Origin: the human T2T-CHM13v2.0 reference genome, Homo sapiens
Length of the DNA: 64,000 nucleotides
Assembly (NCBI RefSeq): GCF_009914755.1
Contig: NC_060937.1
Strand: one strand, 5' to 3'
A program made the translations under genes and the position numbers. Numbering within the stretch: the stretch's first letter is position 1; every line of letters starts with the position of its first letter. The notes below the pieces were generated by a model. It was not told the origin of the DNA. It saw nothing but the letters and a program-made list of their open reading frames with translations, and searched no databases. Positions 1 to 12,676 of this stretch are shown one piece after another.

Positions 1-1608
1 AGTTAAATTTCAAACTAGATTATTACCAGCAGATATTTACTTGGGTCCTAACAAACCGATGTGAGCTCATGAAATTTGCAAAAATGAAACAGCAAATACA
101 TCAGTAGAAAATGTGATTTTATTAAAAGTACAATGTACACATTTACTTTGAATTCTCTGTTATGATAATATAGATCTATTGCTTAATTAAAATCACCTCT
201 TTATTTCATATGTTGAACATCTAACTAAATGTATAAATTTCAAAAATCATGAAAGGTTTTATAAGGTGAAATAACATTCCTTTTACTTACTTCCTAGGCA
301 GTAACACTTTAAATTACATCGTTTTATTTCATGTAGAAGTCTCACATGCATATTGATATAAATTTAACAAAATAGATATTTCCAAGCCCTGATATATTTT
401 GTCATAAGTATTTAGAATAGTAAATATTTTTAAAACCAGGACATTGCTGCTAAAAGTACCGACTGTGATTTACTGAGAAGCAATTCAGCAAAATTATCTC
501 CTAGAACAATTGCTATGAAGTAAACTTGATCAAATAAATAAGTCATAAGCACATATTAATTAAAGTAGAAGAAACAAAATAGAATTTTGGACATGGAAAT
601 AAAGTATAGAAAGGAGAAAATTAAGGTTCACATTAAAAAAGATCAAGTAATAATCATCTGTTTAACAAGTAGGCTATTTTTTAGCATGATACCCATCAGC
701 ATGGTTTTTTATGCAAAACATCAAAGTTTTCAATGACTAAATATTACTTAAGGGTGAAATTCTCAAATACTTTTAATTACCTCTTTTAAAATAATAACCT
801 CAATTAATCTTGTCAGTATATGCGTTTCTTTCACATAGTACTTATACGTCAAAATATTGTTAAAGCTTGATGTACATAGTTTATAGGGCTCTGTCAAGAA
901 TGAATCCAGCTTGATTATATAAGATATTTTATGTAAACAGAACATGAAAAATTGCTTATTGTTAACCTTGTACTTCAGATAAAGGGTTGACTAAAATTTT
1001 CATTGCAATGGATAGAAATGCAAAGAAATGAGGGACGAGATAACAAGTTCAAGCATCTTTAATCTTTGATCACTGTCTTCCAATATCCACCCTTATCTTA
1101 AGTGTAAAAGAGCATTAGAAAGGAAAAGAAGGAGGAGGAGGAAAAAAGGTAGAAGCGATGGCAAAAAAAGAGATTTAAAAAAAACAGAATGTAAATTCCA
1201 ACCTCAATGAGATCCCCTATATAATGTCAGCTAGATGACATGATCAGGACTATTTTTCCCTTGTCAATAGGCTGTGGAGTTGGAGGCAGACAGACAGTAT
1301 CTTACATATTTTCCTCTAAAACCAAACCAACATCTTCCATCTTGCCATTCAATTGATGTGGAAAGTCTAGCCTAGTGAGAAACTAGCAAAATAAGACATA
1401 AGCTAGTGACTGAGAGCTTGCTCCAGCCACAGAAAAAAGCAGGCCTAGCACCAATTCCCAAATGAAAGCAGTCTCCAGACTAAACATGGATGAACTAAAA
1501 GAGTGACCAATGAAACTTCTCGGCCAAGCTTCATGTCCCAGCATCCAAAAAGTCACATTGCTCAGACCCAGATTCATCTATGCTGCTTGGCTGAGTCTTC
1601 AATCTCAA

Positions 1609-1680
1609 CTGTAACAGTGTTTTGAATTTCACTAATCTGTAACAGTGTTTTGAATTTCATTAACCTAGAGCAGTGTTTTG
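1609..1680. repeat. 28-bp tandem duplication (2 copies plus a partial third)
   Basis: CTGTAACAGTGTTTTGAATTTCACTAAT (1609-1636) then CTGTAACAGTGTTTTGAATTTCATTAAC (1637-1664), then degenerate CTAGAGCAGTGTTTTG. Confidence 0.9.
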
Positions 1681-2849
1681 GTGGCCTTGGAGTAGAAAAA
1701 TAATGAGATAGAAATATTTACCAGTATCAAGATTGCTTTCCCTAGAATTCATTGCAGTAAGGGAGAATATTATCCTGGCAGTTTTAGCAGTGTCTCAAAA
1801 AAGGGAAATCAGAGGGAGGTTTTTATTGGATTTGGAGATTTAGGTTTAAATGGTTTAATTTGGATCTTTCAGTGTAGGGTTAGCCAGTTTTGACATTAGT
1901 TTGGCATGGTGGATTAGAGTAGTGATGGTCTTGAAATAAATGTTGGTAAGTAAATTATTGTGTGAATAAGTGAACTCCTTGTCTAGCCCAGCAGACTACT
2001 CTGCATGAGATGCCTGAAACAAAAAATAAAGTTAGGTGTAGGTTTATAAAGTATTATCTTTTCTGGACAAAGGGCATAGGAAACAAACTAAATCATGTTG
2101 ATAAAAGTGGTCTCTGTTCTTAGTCTTAATAAGTACGATGTTCTGGTGTAGTTTTTCACAGTTTTCAGATGAAATCAATGTTCTGGTTTTGGATTATAAG
2201 ATTGATAACGGACAATTCTCAAACCAAATGATTTTCATTGTAGAAAAAAATTTTAATTAAAAATACTGAACTTGCTCCTGATAATGTTTTAAATCCTAGC
2301 GTGATATCTTAAATGTGATTTTGTGAACTCCTGAAATTATATCACAGCAGGAAAACTGCTTAACCCACTGAAATATGATGCATAAATTGTTCTCCCTTAT
2401 TACAAATTTCTTATCATTATATAATGTTTTAATAAATGTAATGCTTGTCAGAAGTATTTTAATTTATTAGAGTATGTGCAACTTTTAAAAGTCATTTAAA
2501 AGTTAATAATTAAAATACAGTACATGTGACGATTTAAATTATGGTTAGAGATATTGTTAGCAGAGAAGGAGATTTATTGCATTCTATAAAAAGTCAATAG
2601 CAGAACTGAGATAGACCACAATCTACTTAAGGAGCACATATATACAATATACATGCATAAATAGATGATAAATTGTTTTGAGCAAGTAAGTAATGTATCT
2701 TCTAGTAAAAGCTTAACAATTCTTTTCTCTCTTCCTTCAGGAACTAGAGTTCACTAGGAAGTAGATAAGACATTATAGTGTTTCTGCATATTGAATAGTT
2801 TTAATTATCCATTATTAGTAAAGCCCTTAGTTAAGTACTTCTACTTTGT

Positions 2850-3197
2850 TGACATGGTTTGACTTTGTCCCCACCCAAATCTCAACTTGAATTTTATCTC
2901 CCAGAATTCCCATGTGTTATGGGAGGGACTTAGAAGGAGGTAATTGAATCACGGAGGCAAGTCTTTCCTGTGCTATTTCCATGATAGTGAATAAGTATCA
3001 CGAGATCTAACGGATTTATCAGGGGTTTCCACTTTTGCATATTCTTCATTTTCTCTTGCCACCACCATGTAAGAAGTGCCTTTCATCTCCTGCCATGAAT
3101 CTGAGGTCTCCCCAGCCATGTGGAACTGTGAGTCCAATTAAACTTCTTTTTCTTCCCAGTCTCAGGTATGTCTTTATCAGCAGCATGAAAACTAATA
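2850..3197 (+). mobile_element. THE1A 5' LTR
   Basis: Matches remembered THE1A consensus (CCCACCCAAATCTCAACTTGAATT...CCCAGCCATGTGGAACTGTGAGTCCAATTAAAC); small deletion at the 3' end. Confidence 0.92.
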
Positions 3198-4778
3198 GTA
3201 AATTGGAACTAGTAGAGTGGGGACACTGCTGAAAAGATATCTGAAATGTGCAAGTGACTTTGGGACTGGGTAGGAGCAGAGGTTGGAACAGTTTGGAGGG
3301 CTCAGGAGAAGACAGGAAAATGTGGGAAAGTTTGGAACTTCCTAGAGACTTGTTGAATGGCTTTGCTCATAATGCTAATAGTGATATTGACAGTAAGGTC
3401 CAGGTTGAGCTAATCTCAGATGGAGATGAGGAATTTGTTGGGAACAGGAGCAAAGGTGACTCTTGTTAGGTTTTAGCAAACAGACTGGCAGCATTTTGCC
3501 CCTGCCCTAGAGATTTTTAGAACTTTGAACTTGAGAGAGATGATTTAGGGTATCTAGTGGAAGAAATTTCTAAGCAGCAAAGCATTCAATAGGTGACTTG
3601 GGTGCTATTAAAGGCATTCAGTTTTATAAGGGAAATAGAACAGGAAAGTTCAGAAAATGTGCAGTCTGGCAATGCAGTAGAAAAGAAAAGCCCTTTTTTT
3701 TTGAGGATAAATTCATAAATTCAAGCCAGCTGCTGAAATTTGCTTAAGTAACAAGGAGTCTAATGTTAATCCACAAGACCATGGGGAAATGTCTCTAGGC
3801 CATGTCAGACCTTCAAGGCAGCCCCTCCCATTACAGGCCTGGGAGCCCAGGAGGAAAAAGTGGTTTTGTGGGCCAGGCCCAGGGTCTTCGTGCTCTATGC
3901 ATCCTCAGGACTTGGTGCCCTGTGTCCCAGCCACTCCAGCCATGGCTGAAAGGGGCCAAGGTAGAGTTCAGGCTATGGCTTCAGAGGGTGAAAGCCCCAA
4001 GCCTTGGCAGCTTCCATGTGGTATTGAGACTGCAGGTGCACAGAAGTCAAGAATAGAGGTTTGGGGACCTCCGCTTAGATTTCAGAAGATGTATGGAAAT
4101 ACCTGGATGCCTAGAAAAAAGTTTGCTGCAGGGGCAGGGCCCTCATGGAGAATCTCTATTAGGGCAGTGCAGAAGGGAAATGTGGGGTCGGAGCTCCCAC
4201 AGAGTCCCTAATGGGGCACTGCCTAGTGGAGCTGTGAGAAGAAGGCCACCATTCTCCAGATCCCAGAAAGGTAGATCCACTGGCAGCTTGCATTGTGTGC
4301 CTGGAAAAGCCACAGACACTCAACACCAGCCTGTGAAAGCAGTGAGGAGGGAGGCTGTTTCCTGCAAAGCCAAAGGGGAGGAGCTGCCCAAGACCATGGG
4401 AACTCACCTTTTTCATCAGCATGACCTGCATGTGAGGCCTGAAGTCAAAGAAGATCATTTTGGAGCTTTAAAATTTGACCACCCCACTGGATTTCAGACT
4501 TGTATGGGTCCCGTACCCCCTTTGTTTTGGCCAGTTTCTCCCATTTGCAATGGCTGTTTTACCCAATTTCTGTACCCCCATTGTATCTAGGAAGTAACTA
4601 ACTTGCTTTTGATTTGACAGGCTCATAGGCTGAAGGGACTTGCCTTGTCTCAGATGAGACTTTGGACTGTGGACTTTTGGGTTAATGCTGAAATGAGTTA
4701 AGAGTTTGGGGGACTATTAGGAAGGCATGATTGGTTTTGAAATGTGAGAATGTGAAATTTGAAGGGGCCAGGGATCAA

Positions 4779-5131
4779 TGATATGGTTTGGCTTTGTCCG
4801 CACCCAAATCTCAACTTGAATTGTATCTCCCAGAATTCCCACATATTGTGCGAGGGCCCCGGGGGAGGCAATTGAATCATGGGGGCTGGTCTTTCCCATG
4901 CTATTCTCGTGGTAATGAATAAGTGTCACAAGATCTGATAGTTTCATCAGGGGTTTCTGCTTTTGCATTTTCCTCATTTTCTCTTGCCACTGCCATTTAA
5001 GAAGTGTTCTTTGCCTCCTGCCATGATTCTGAGGCCTCCCCAGCTATGTGGAACTGTAAGTCCAGTTAAACCTCTTTTTATTCCCAGTCTCAGGTATGTC
5101 TTTATCAGCAGCATGAAACTGGACTAAGACA
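4779..5131 (+). mobile_element. THE1A 3' LTR
   Basis: TGATATGGTTTGGC...GGACTAAGACA with TG...CA ends, followed by the TSD. Confidence 0.93.
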
Positions 5132-5166
5132 TTTGTTAAGTATGAATTGAATGCATCATTGAGGAA

Positions 5167-5235
5167 AACTTCTTATTCAAGTGTTTATTCAAGTGTTTAT
5201 AACTTCTTATTCAAGTTTATTCAAGTGTTTATAAC
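5167..5235. repeat. Nested short tandem duplication (~33-bp unit built from TTATTCAAGTGT subunits)
   Basis: AACTTCTTATTCAAGTGTTTATTCAAGTGTTTAT followed by AACTTCTTATTCAAGTTTATTCAAGTGTTTATAAC. Confidence 0.85.
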
Positions 5236-5244
5236 AAATCTTGA

Positions 5245-5420
5245 CTTGATAAATGTATACTGAGCGCCTGCTACATATGGATCAAGCAATATTCCAGGCA
5301 CTATGAGCAATCAAAAACAAACTAAAAAATAGAAAAACCTATGTTCTCATAGAGTTTACCATTAAACAAGAAGACGTATAAAATAAACAAATAAATAAGT
5401 TCTATGGAATTTCAGATGAT
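5245..5420 (-). mobile_element. Degenerate L2 3'-end fragment
   Basis: AAATGTATACTGAGCGCCTGCTAC...ATTCCAGGCACT...CTCATAGAGTTTAC resembles the antisense L2 3' end. Confidence 0.5.
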
Positions 5421-8400
5421 GGTACACACAAAACAGAAAAATAGAACAGTGAAGGGTAATACTCTGAATATACCAGGAATTCTGAACAAAGCAGTATCAA
5501 ACCAAAGGGCAAAAGTTGGTTCTTGGAGGCCAGAAATATCACATAACACAATATTTTGTGGTTCTCCAAAACTCAAAAACATCTGAAAAAAAATCTTATT
5601 CTAGTATTTAATTTATCTCATTAGTTTTATTTTTATCTTTCTTTATAGGACATAATGGAAAACAAAATTGTTTAAAGACATTAAGATATACCATTTCATA
5701 TTGAGGTTACTTACTAAATTCAAACAAATATTTATGTATGGCGAGGAATCACATTTTTGGACCATTGTAAAGCCTCTACTATGTTAAAAATTTTTCAAAT
5801 AGAAGATAGTAACTCATATTTTTCAGATATTTTCATGAACAAATGAGTTTTATTTGACAATTAGTACCTCACATTGTAAATCTGCTTGAAAAGGCAAATG
5901 TCTAAAATTAAAATTAAATGAAAAAAGTTTTTTTATTCAACATGCATAAATATAAGCTTAGAAAATGACTTATCATTTCATAAAGTAGAAAACCATCTAA
6001 ATTGTGCTTTCCAATCATATTTTTGTCTATATCAAACTGTAACAAAGTATATGTGAAAAATATTGTTTTCAAGAGAATAAAATGTTAAGAAAACACCGAA
6101 AGACCTAATTTTCTGTAACCTTCAGATTAAATTTACTCATGGATAGATATGTTCATAAACTTTTATAAATTTTATTTTGAATATGAATTTCCAGCTCCTT
6201 TGTTTGCAAGTGTGTGAACGAGTTTACCAGTACAAAAATCAAACATAAAATGTGCTTCCTTATATATATGTGAATGTGTTTTTCTTTTCCTGATGTTAAC
6301 AAATCAATTGCAGCAATTATTTAGGATGATATAAAATGAAGGCCCAGTTTCAAATATTGGATTAGTTGAAGAAACTTCATCTTTCTTTTTGGTGTACCTT
6401 ATAAGAAGTGATTATTCCAAAATTGTATTCAAAACATATATGTTCCAGTAAAATGTGTTTCACTGGTTTTGATATTTAAGCATTTAGGTATTTAAGTAGA
6501 AACTTGCTGCTTTCAAAAAGCAAACAGAACATAACCAAGCTGCAACAAAAATAACAAACTTAAATGAATAACACTATTCAAAGAATAATAACCAAACAAA
6601 CAGAAAGTAAGGAAATGACACAGCAATTCATTATTTCTTTAAGACGAAAGAAAAATGCAAGACCTAGAGAATAAAGAAAGAATAACGAAACATTTAAAAT
6701 ACATGAAAATCCTTTGATTTTTTTTGAATAAAATGCTTTCAAGAACACTTGTGGTTTTGTTTTCTGTTCATATGCTTTGGTTTTCTGATTCCTAAGTTCT
6801 GCAAATGACATTTATTGTTAGTAATAACTTAATAAGAATTTAGGCATATATTGTTTTATTTCTATGTTAGTAAGCATGCCTTCTATTAAAGCAGTATTTT
6901 TATATTTTTGTATGTAATCTATAATTAAAATTTAGGTTTAGTCAAGGACAACATTTTTTAAAAAAGTAAATTTTAGAAGATTATATATAAGAGGATGGAC
7001 AACTCTCTTATAAAGGCTATTTTATATAATTTAAAAGAGTTTTAAAATAAACATATAAACAGTTTTAAAATAAATGTAAATAATACAATCTTCATTTTAT
7101 GTTGAGATGAGTTATGATGGTACTGGTTAATTATTTAAAGGTTTTGATGAATGTATATGTAAATGCATTATATCTAGTATTGTATACAGGGCAACTATAG
7201 CCATTCCTCTGAAAGCTAAAGTATAAAATTAATTCCCTGACCTCAGTCTCTTTTAGAGTGGTGATCAAGTAAGAATAGTGCACCATTACAGTGAAAGACA
7301 AACACAAAATGCATTCTCTTTCAAATTTTTTAACACTCTACAGTTGCTGGAAAGTGAATTGTCCTCATGAGAAAAAGCATTTACTACCAAACCGTTATGT
7401 TGAAATGAATTCTAAAATGTATTTTTTGCTTATTAATGATTACATTAGAATGGATTCACAAACTTTTGAAAACCAGATACCTGCTGCGTTTTCAAAAAAT
7501 AATATGGTTTGAAATCCACTTAAAAGGTGTACCACTAGCTAATAAATCTAGAATTAAAAAAATTTGATCATTTACTTTTACATCAAATTCTATAAGCATA
7601 AATTATACACTCCCACCTTACTGAGTATAATTGAAAATGAGACAGAATTCAGAAAAAAAAGTTATTTTAGATTTGTTTTTAACTATGCATGTTTTTAACT
7701 ACATCACTTCAGCAGCCTGTCTTAGTTAATGTATTTGTAAAAGGGCAATAAAAATTTAGATAATTAACACATTCTTAACAATAAATATTATAATCTTAAT
7801 GTGGTGATTGCCTAAACAGTTTTCATGGCCTTAGAATTGACTCAGGGCTTCTTGTGAACTTGAAAATAAATCTATTCTAATTCAATCATAAAAATAAACT
7901 CACTACATTGAAATCACATCTCTATGTTATGATATAAAGACATTCACTACATTGGCATATTTGTTTGGGGGGAATGACAAAGTAGGTACTAGATATAATT
8001 TGAAATGGAGTAAAATGTCTTATGTCGCAAGTTCCAAAGATTCATCATTAAATTCATTTTATCACTGATTCTTCATGAGAAAACAGACATTTGGCAAAGT
8101 TGATATTTTACAAGATAAATTTACAACATGTTTTTATTTTGCTGAGGAAATGGTGGTGTTCTAGGTGGTGAAAGTTTGCATAGCACACTTCGTTGTTCTG
8201 CAAATTGATATATTGGAATACTTAGCAACTTGGGAGATAACAAAGAATTAGAGCATTCTTTCGAAGACAGATACAGAAGTTGAAAGCTATAGGAAAAAAG
8301 TGGGAGAAAGTAAAAATCAATGCATTCAACATATTTTGTCAACAATCATTTATTGAGATATTTCTATTTGCTAGAATTATGGTTCTGGTAATATTACAAT

Positions 8401-9322
8401 ACATGTTAAAAATCCAGGCCAATGAGATCATAATCAATTGGCTAGTTCAAAGTTTACTAGCATAGGATAAACAAAACAAAAAATGGAGATATAAAAAGTC
8501 ATATTGTAAAGTGAAGATAACTTAAATAACTATGGTTATTTTTAAACAAATAATATATTCTCTGTGAATTAAATATTTTGCCCTTCTAAAGAACACTCTA
8601 TACCCATAAATAGGTTATCTACTAAAAATAGACATGTGCTGATACAAATTTTTCCAATCATATATCATAATATTATCAGAAAGCAAAGCAAGTACTCAAA
8701 ACAATTGACAACTAATTGCAATATTACAGTCTGAATATAAATGTTAATATAAAATGTGACTATTTGGAATACTATTTGATATATAATGGACATCTACAGC
8801 ACAATTTTAAACAGAACATACATTGATGATATGGCTATCTTAATTTTTCTTATCTTGAGTGACTATTCTGTATGTGTTTATACAGATGATTTATAATTTT
8901 TTCTTCCATCTGACAACTATTTATTGGCCTAAGTGAAAACTTCAATGAGACCAGAAGTTATTTTGTAGATTGAATTAATTAATTAGATACTATTATAAAT
9001 AAAATAATTTAATTCAGTAGAAAACATTACTGTATGTAATAACAATTAATAAGAAAGGAGTGTTTTTGGTTGATCCAAGCATTATAATTACTGTCAATAA
9101 TGTAATTTATTTATATCTCTCTGAACTTAAAGTACTTTGCTATTAGGGCTTTAGACTAAACTAAGATGTATTGTGTAAATAGAATTTCAACAAATAATAT
9201 GAATAGGAAGTAAATAGGAAGGACAAAAGGAAAAGTAAAGAAGAGCATAAATCAGACTATTCTTCCATTTTATATAATATTGGGGATTTTAGAGTTTAAC
9301 AATTTCCAAGTTACTTCATAAG

Positions 9323-9348
9323 AAAAAAAAAATATATATATATATATA
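9323..9348. repeat. (A)n(TA)n microsatellite
   Basis: A run followed by TA repeats. Confidence 0.9.
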
Positions 9349-9419
9349 GTTACCAGATAATATACCATGATTCATTTCCCAAAATATGCCTAACACAGGC
9401 AACTTTAATGCTATTATTA

Positions 9420-9713
<294 letters not shown>

Positions 9714-9864
9714 TTATCTGTAGGCAATAATTAAAGGAATTATTATCTGTAGGAATTTATTTTCCTATCTAATATCCTCATGGCAAACACCCTCATTTGT
9801 TTCTAATAATTTTACGTATTATCTGCCTTTGGGGTCTAGCTTAACTAGACTATTTACTTACATA

Positions 9865-12070
9865 TTTTATAATTGACAAATCAAATTGTATATATTTACT
9901 ATGCAGAACATTATTTTGAAGTTTATTTCTATTGTGGAGTGACTAAATCTAGCTAATAAACATACATTTTCTCATATAATTATCATTTTTGTGGTGAGAA
10001 TCCTTTATACCCATCCTCTTATCATTTTTCAAAAATATATTTTTAACTATAGTCACCATGCTGTACAAAAGATCACTTGAACTTTTTCCTTGTATCTAAC
10101 TGAAATTTTGTGTCCTTTGTTCAACATCGCCCCCAAACACTCACTCAATCACCCCAGCCCCTGGCAATCAACATTCTGCTCTACGTCTCTAAAGTATAGT
10201 TTTTTAGATTTCACATATGAGTGATATGCGATATTTGTCTTTCTGTGTCTGGTTTATTGCAATTTACATATTGTCTCCTAGGTTCATCTATGCTGTTGCA
10301 AATGTCAGGATTTAATTATTTCTGAAAGCTAAAGAGTATTTCAATGTGTATATGGACCACATTTTCTTTATCCATTCATTCAATGAATGGATTGAATGTG
10401 AGGAACTGTGAATGTGAGGAACTGTGAGGAATATGAGAGTGCAAATATCTCTTCAAGCATTGATTACATTTCCTTTGGATATACACCCAGTAGTGGGATT
10501 ATGGGATCATAGGCTAGTTCTATTTTTAATTTTTTGAGGAAACTTCGTACATTTTTTCATAATGGCTATACTAATTTACATTTCTACCAACAGTCTGCAA
10601 GGATTCCCTTTTCTGTACATCTCTGCCAATACTTATTCACCTATTTGATTATAGCCATTCTAACCTGTGTGTGATGTTATATCATGGTGGCTTTAATTTA
10701 CATTTCCTTGATTATTAGGGATGTTGATTAGTGCATTTTTAATGTACCTTCTGATCATTAGTGTGCCTTACTCTGAGAATCTTTCATTCACATCATTTCT
10801 CTGTTTTTAAATTGGCTTATTTGTTTTCTGACAAGTGAGTTGTTTGAGCCTCTCATGTATTTTGCATATTAACCTCTTATCAGATGAATAATGTGTGTAT
10901 ATTTTCCCCCACTATTTACTTTGTCTTTTCACTCTGTCAATTGTTTGCTATGCAGAAGCTTTTAGTATGATGTAATCCCATTTGTCTATTTTTGTTTCTG
11001 TTGCCTGTACTTTTGGGGACATATCCAGTAAAACACTACCCAGATCAATGTCATGGAGATTTTTCCTGTTTTATTTTAGTAGTTTCACAGGTACAGGGCA
11101 TATACTGTCTTTCATCTATTCGGATTTGATTTTTTTATATGGTATGAAATACATGTCTAATTTTATCCCTCTGTATGATGATATCCAGTTTTACCAATAA
11201 CATTTACTGGGTGGGGTGCAGTGGTTCATGCCTATAATCCCAGAACTTTTGGAGGCCGAAGTGGGTGGATCACCTGAGGTCAGGAGTTCGAGATGAGCTT
11301 GGCCTCATCTCTACCAAATGGTAAAACCTCGTCTCTACTAAAAAAGTACAAAAAAATTAGCTAGGTGTGGTGGCATGTGTCTGTAGTCCCAGGTACTTGG
11401 AAGGCTGAGGCACGATAATCACTTCAACCTGAGGGGCTGAGGTTGGAGTGAGCCGAGATCATGCCACTGCACTCCAGACTAGGCAACAGAGTAAGACTCT
11501 GTCTCAAAAATAATAATAATAATAACATTTGATTGTATAAGTGTAGATTCATATCTAAGATCCTTATTCTTTTCCACAGGCCTATGTGTCTATTTTTATG
11601 CTGGTGTCATTCTGCTTTGCTTACTATAGCCTATGACACCTTTTTAAGCCTGGTAGTGTGATACCTCTAGCTTTATTCTTTCAGCGTAAGATTGCTTTAG
11701 GTATTTGTGGTCTTATTCAGTTTCATACACATTTTAGCATTGCTTCTTATATTTATATGAAGATTATCTTGGTATTTTGATAGAAATTGTATTGAATTTT
11801 TCATCATTTTGGGTAGTATAAACATTTTAACATTAATTCTTTCAATAAATGAACATATAATATCTTTACATTTATTTATGTCTCAACTTCTTTGACGAAT
11901 GTTTTTTTTTCAGTACACAGATCTTTGACTTTCTTGGTTAAATTTATTCCCAAACACTTAATTTTCATTGTGATTGTAAATAGAATTGTTTTCTTAATAT
12001 AACTTTCAGATAATTTGCTGTTAGTGCATAGGAACACTACTGATTGTTGTATGCTGGTTTTGTTTCCTCC
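9865..12070 (-). mobile_element. L1MA-type LINE-1 3' portion (3'UTR plus ORF2 end), interrupted by an Alu
   Basis: Antisense L1 3' end (TTTTATAATTGACAAATCAAATTGTATATATTT...), continuing through CCCAGTAGTGGGATT, GCAGAAGCTTTTAGT and TTTTGATAGAAATTGTATTGAAT. Confidence 0.88.
11209..11525 (+). mobile_element. AluS (Sx-like) inserted in L1
   Basis: Dimeric Alu with GGATCACCTGAGGTCAGGAGTTCGAG and an (AAT)n tail; AATAACATTT occurs on both sides as a probable TSD remnant. Confidence 0.92.
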
Positions 12071-12576
12071 AAATAAGCCTTTGGAGAATATGGCTCGGAA
12101 AATATTGAGAAAACACTAACTAGGCCATAGTCCTGATTTCTACATGGCAGAAAACACTGCAAAATGATGTGATGAGAAGATGGCTGACTCCTCTTTAAAG
12201 AAACTGAATGATGAACTCATACATAATGCATCTAGAAAATGGTATACATGGGACTCTAATTAATGAATCATATTTTAGAAAGTGTTACCTCTACAGCAAA
12301 TGATTTATGAAGAAATTTAAATAAATTATGAATAGTGACCATCTTTACCAATCAATTGTTGATCAGTAATTATTTGTTATAAATATCTATTGATGGTCAT
12401 AATTAATAATTTATATGATTAATATATAAATTTAAATAAAAAAAGTGAATCACTGAGTATTTAAATAGATTCATATTTCTATGCCAGTAAATGATTAATA
12501 ATAGTGTTTTAGAACTATAACATAAAGGAGGTTTTAAATTTCAGATATGAAATCTAGTTGTACAGATGATTACATT

Positions 12577-12638
12577 AAAAATATTTATTGAGAGACTACT
12601 GTGAGCTAGGCACTATTCTGGACACTGAGATATAGAGT
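12577..12638 (-). mobile_element. L2 3'-end fragment
   Basis: AAATATTTATTGAG...CTACTGTGAGCTAGGCACTATTCTGGACACTGAGATATAG. Confidence 0.6.
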
Positions 12639-12676
12639 AGATAGATAGGTAGATAGATAGATAGATATAGATAGAT
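12639..12676. repeat. Imperfect (GATA)n tetranucleotide repeat
   Basis: TAGATAGATAGGTAGATAGATAGATAGATATAGATAGAT. Confidence 0.9.

Larger units (their letters stand above)
2850..5131 (+). mobile_element. Full-length THE1A MaLR LTR retrotransposon (LTR-int-LTR)
   Basis: Two direct LTRs (2850-~3197 and 4779-5131) begin TGA(C/T)ATGGTTTG and carry THE1A-type ATCAGGGGTTTC..CTTTTGC. The ~1.58-kb internal region starts GTAAATTGG, a purine-rich tract precedes the 3' LTR, and there is a perfect 5-bp TSD TTTGT at 2845-2849 and 5132-5136. Confidence 0.95.

Noticed and set aside
1700-2150. G/T-rich stretch that could be an old ERV LTR
   Set aside because: No termini, TSD or family could be recognised with confidence; needs a Dfam search.
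3248-4590. Overlapping ORFs of 73-165 aa, the longest in the window
   Set aside because: They are broken pieces of the degenerate THE1 internal ORF, interrupted by stops and frameshifts, and are not a host gene.
3107-5047. PRDM9 hotspot motif position in the THE1A LTRs
   Set aside because: The sites read TCTCCCCAGCCAT (3107-3119) and CCTCCCCAGCTAT (5035-5047); neither fits CCNCCNTNNCCNC or the hot CCTCCCTAGCCAC variant.
5490-6811. Possible hAT/Charlie transposase remnant (ORF 6578-6811, QKTKAYEQKTKPQVF)
   Set aside because: Only a faint resemblance; adjacent minus-strand sequence showed no further transposase motifs.
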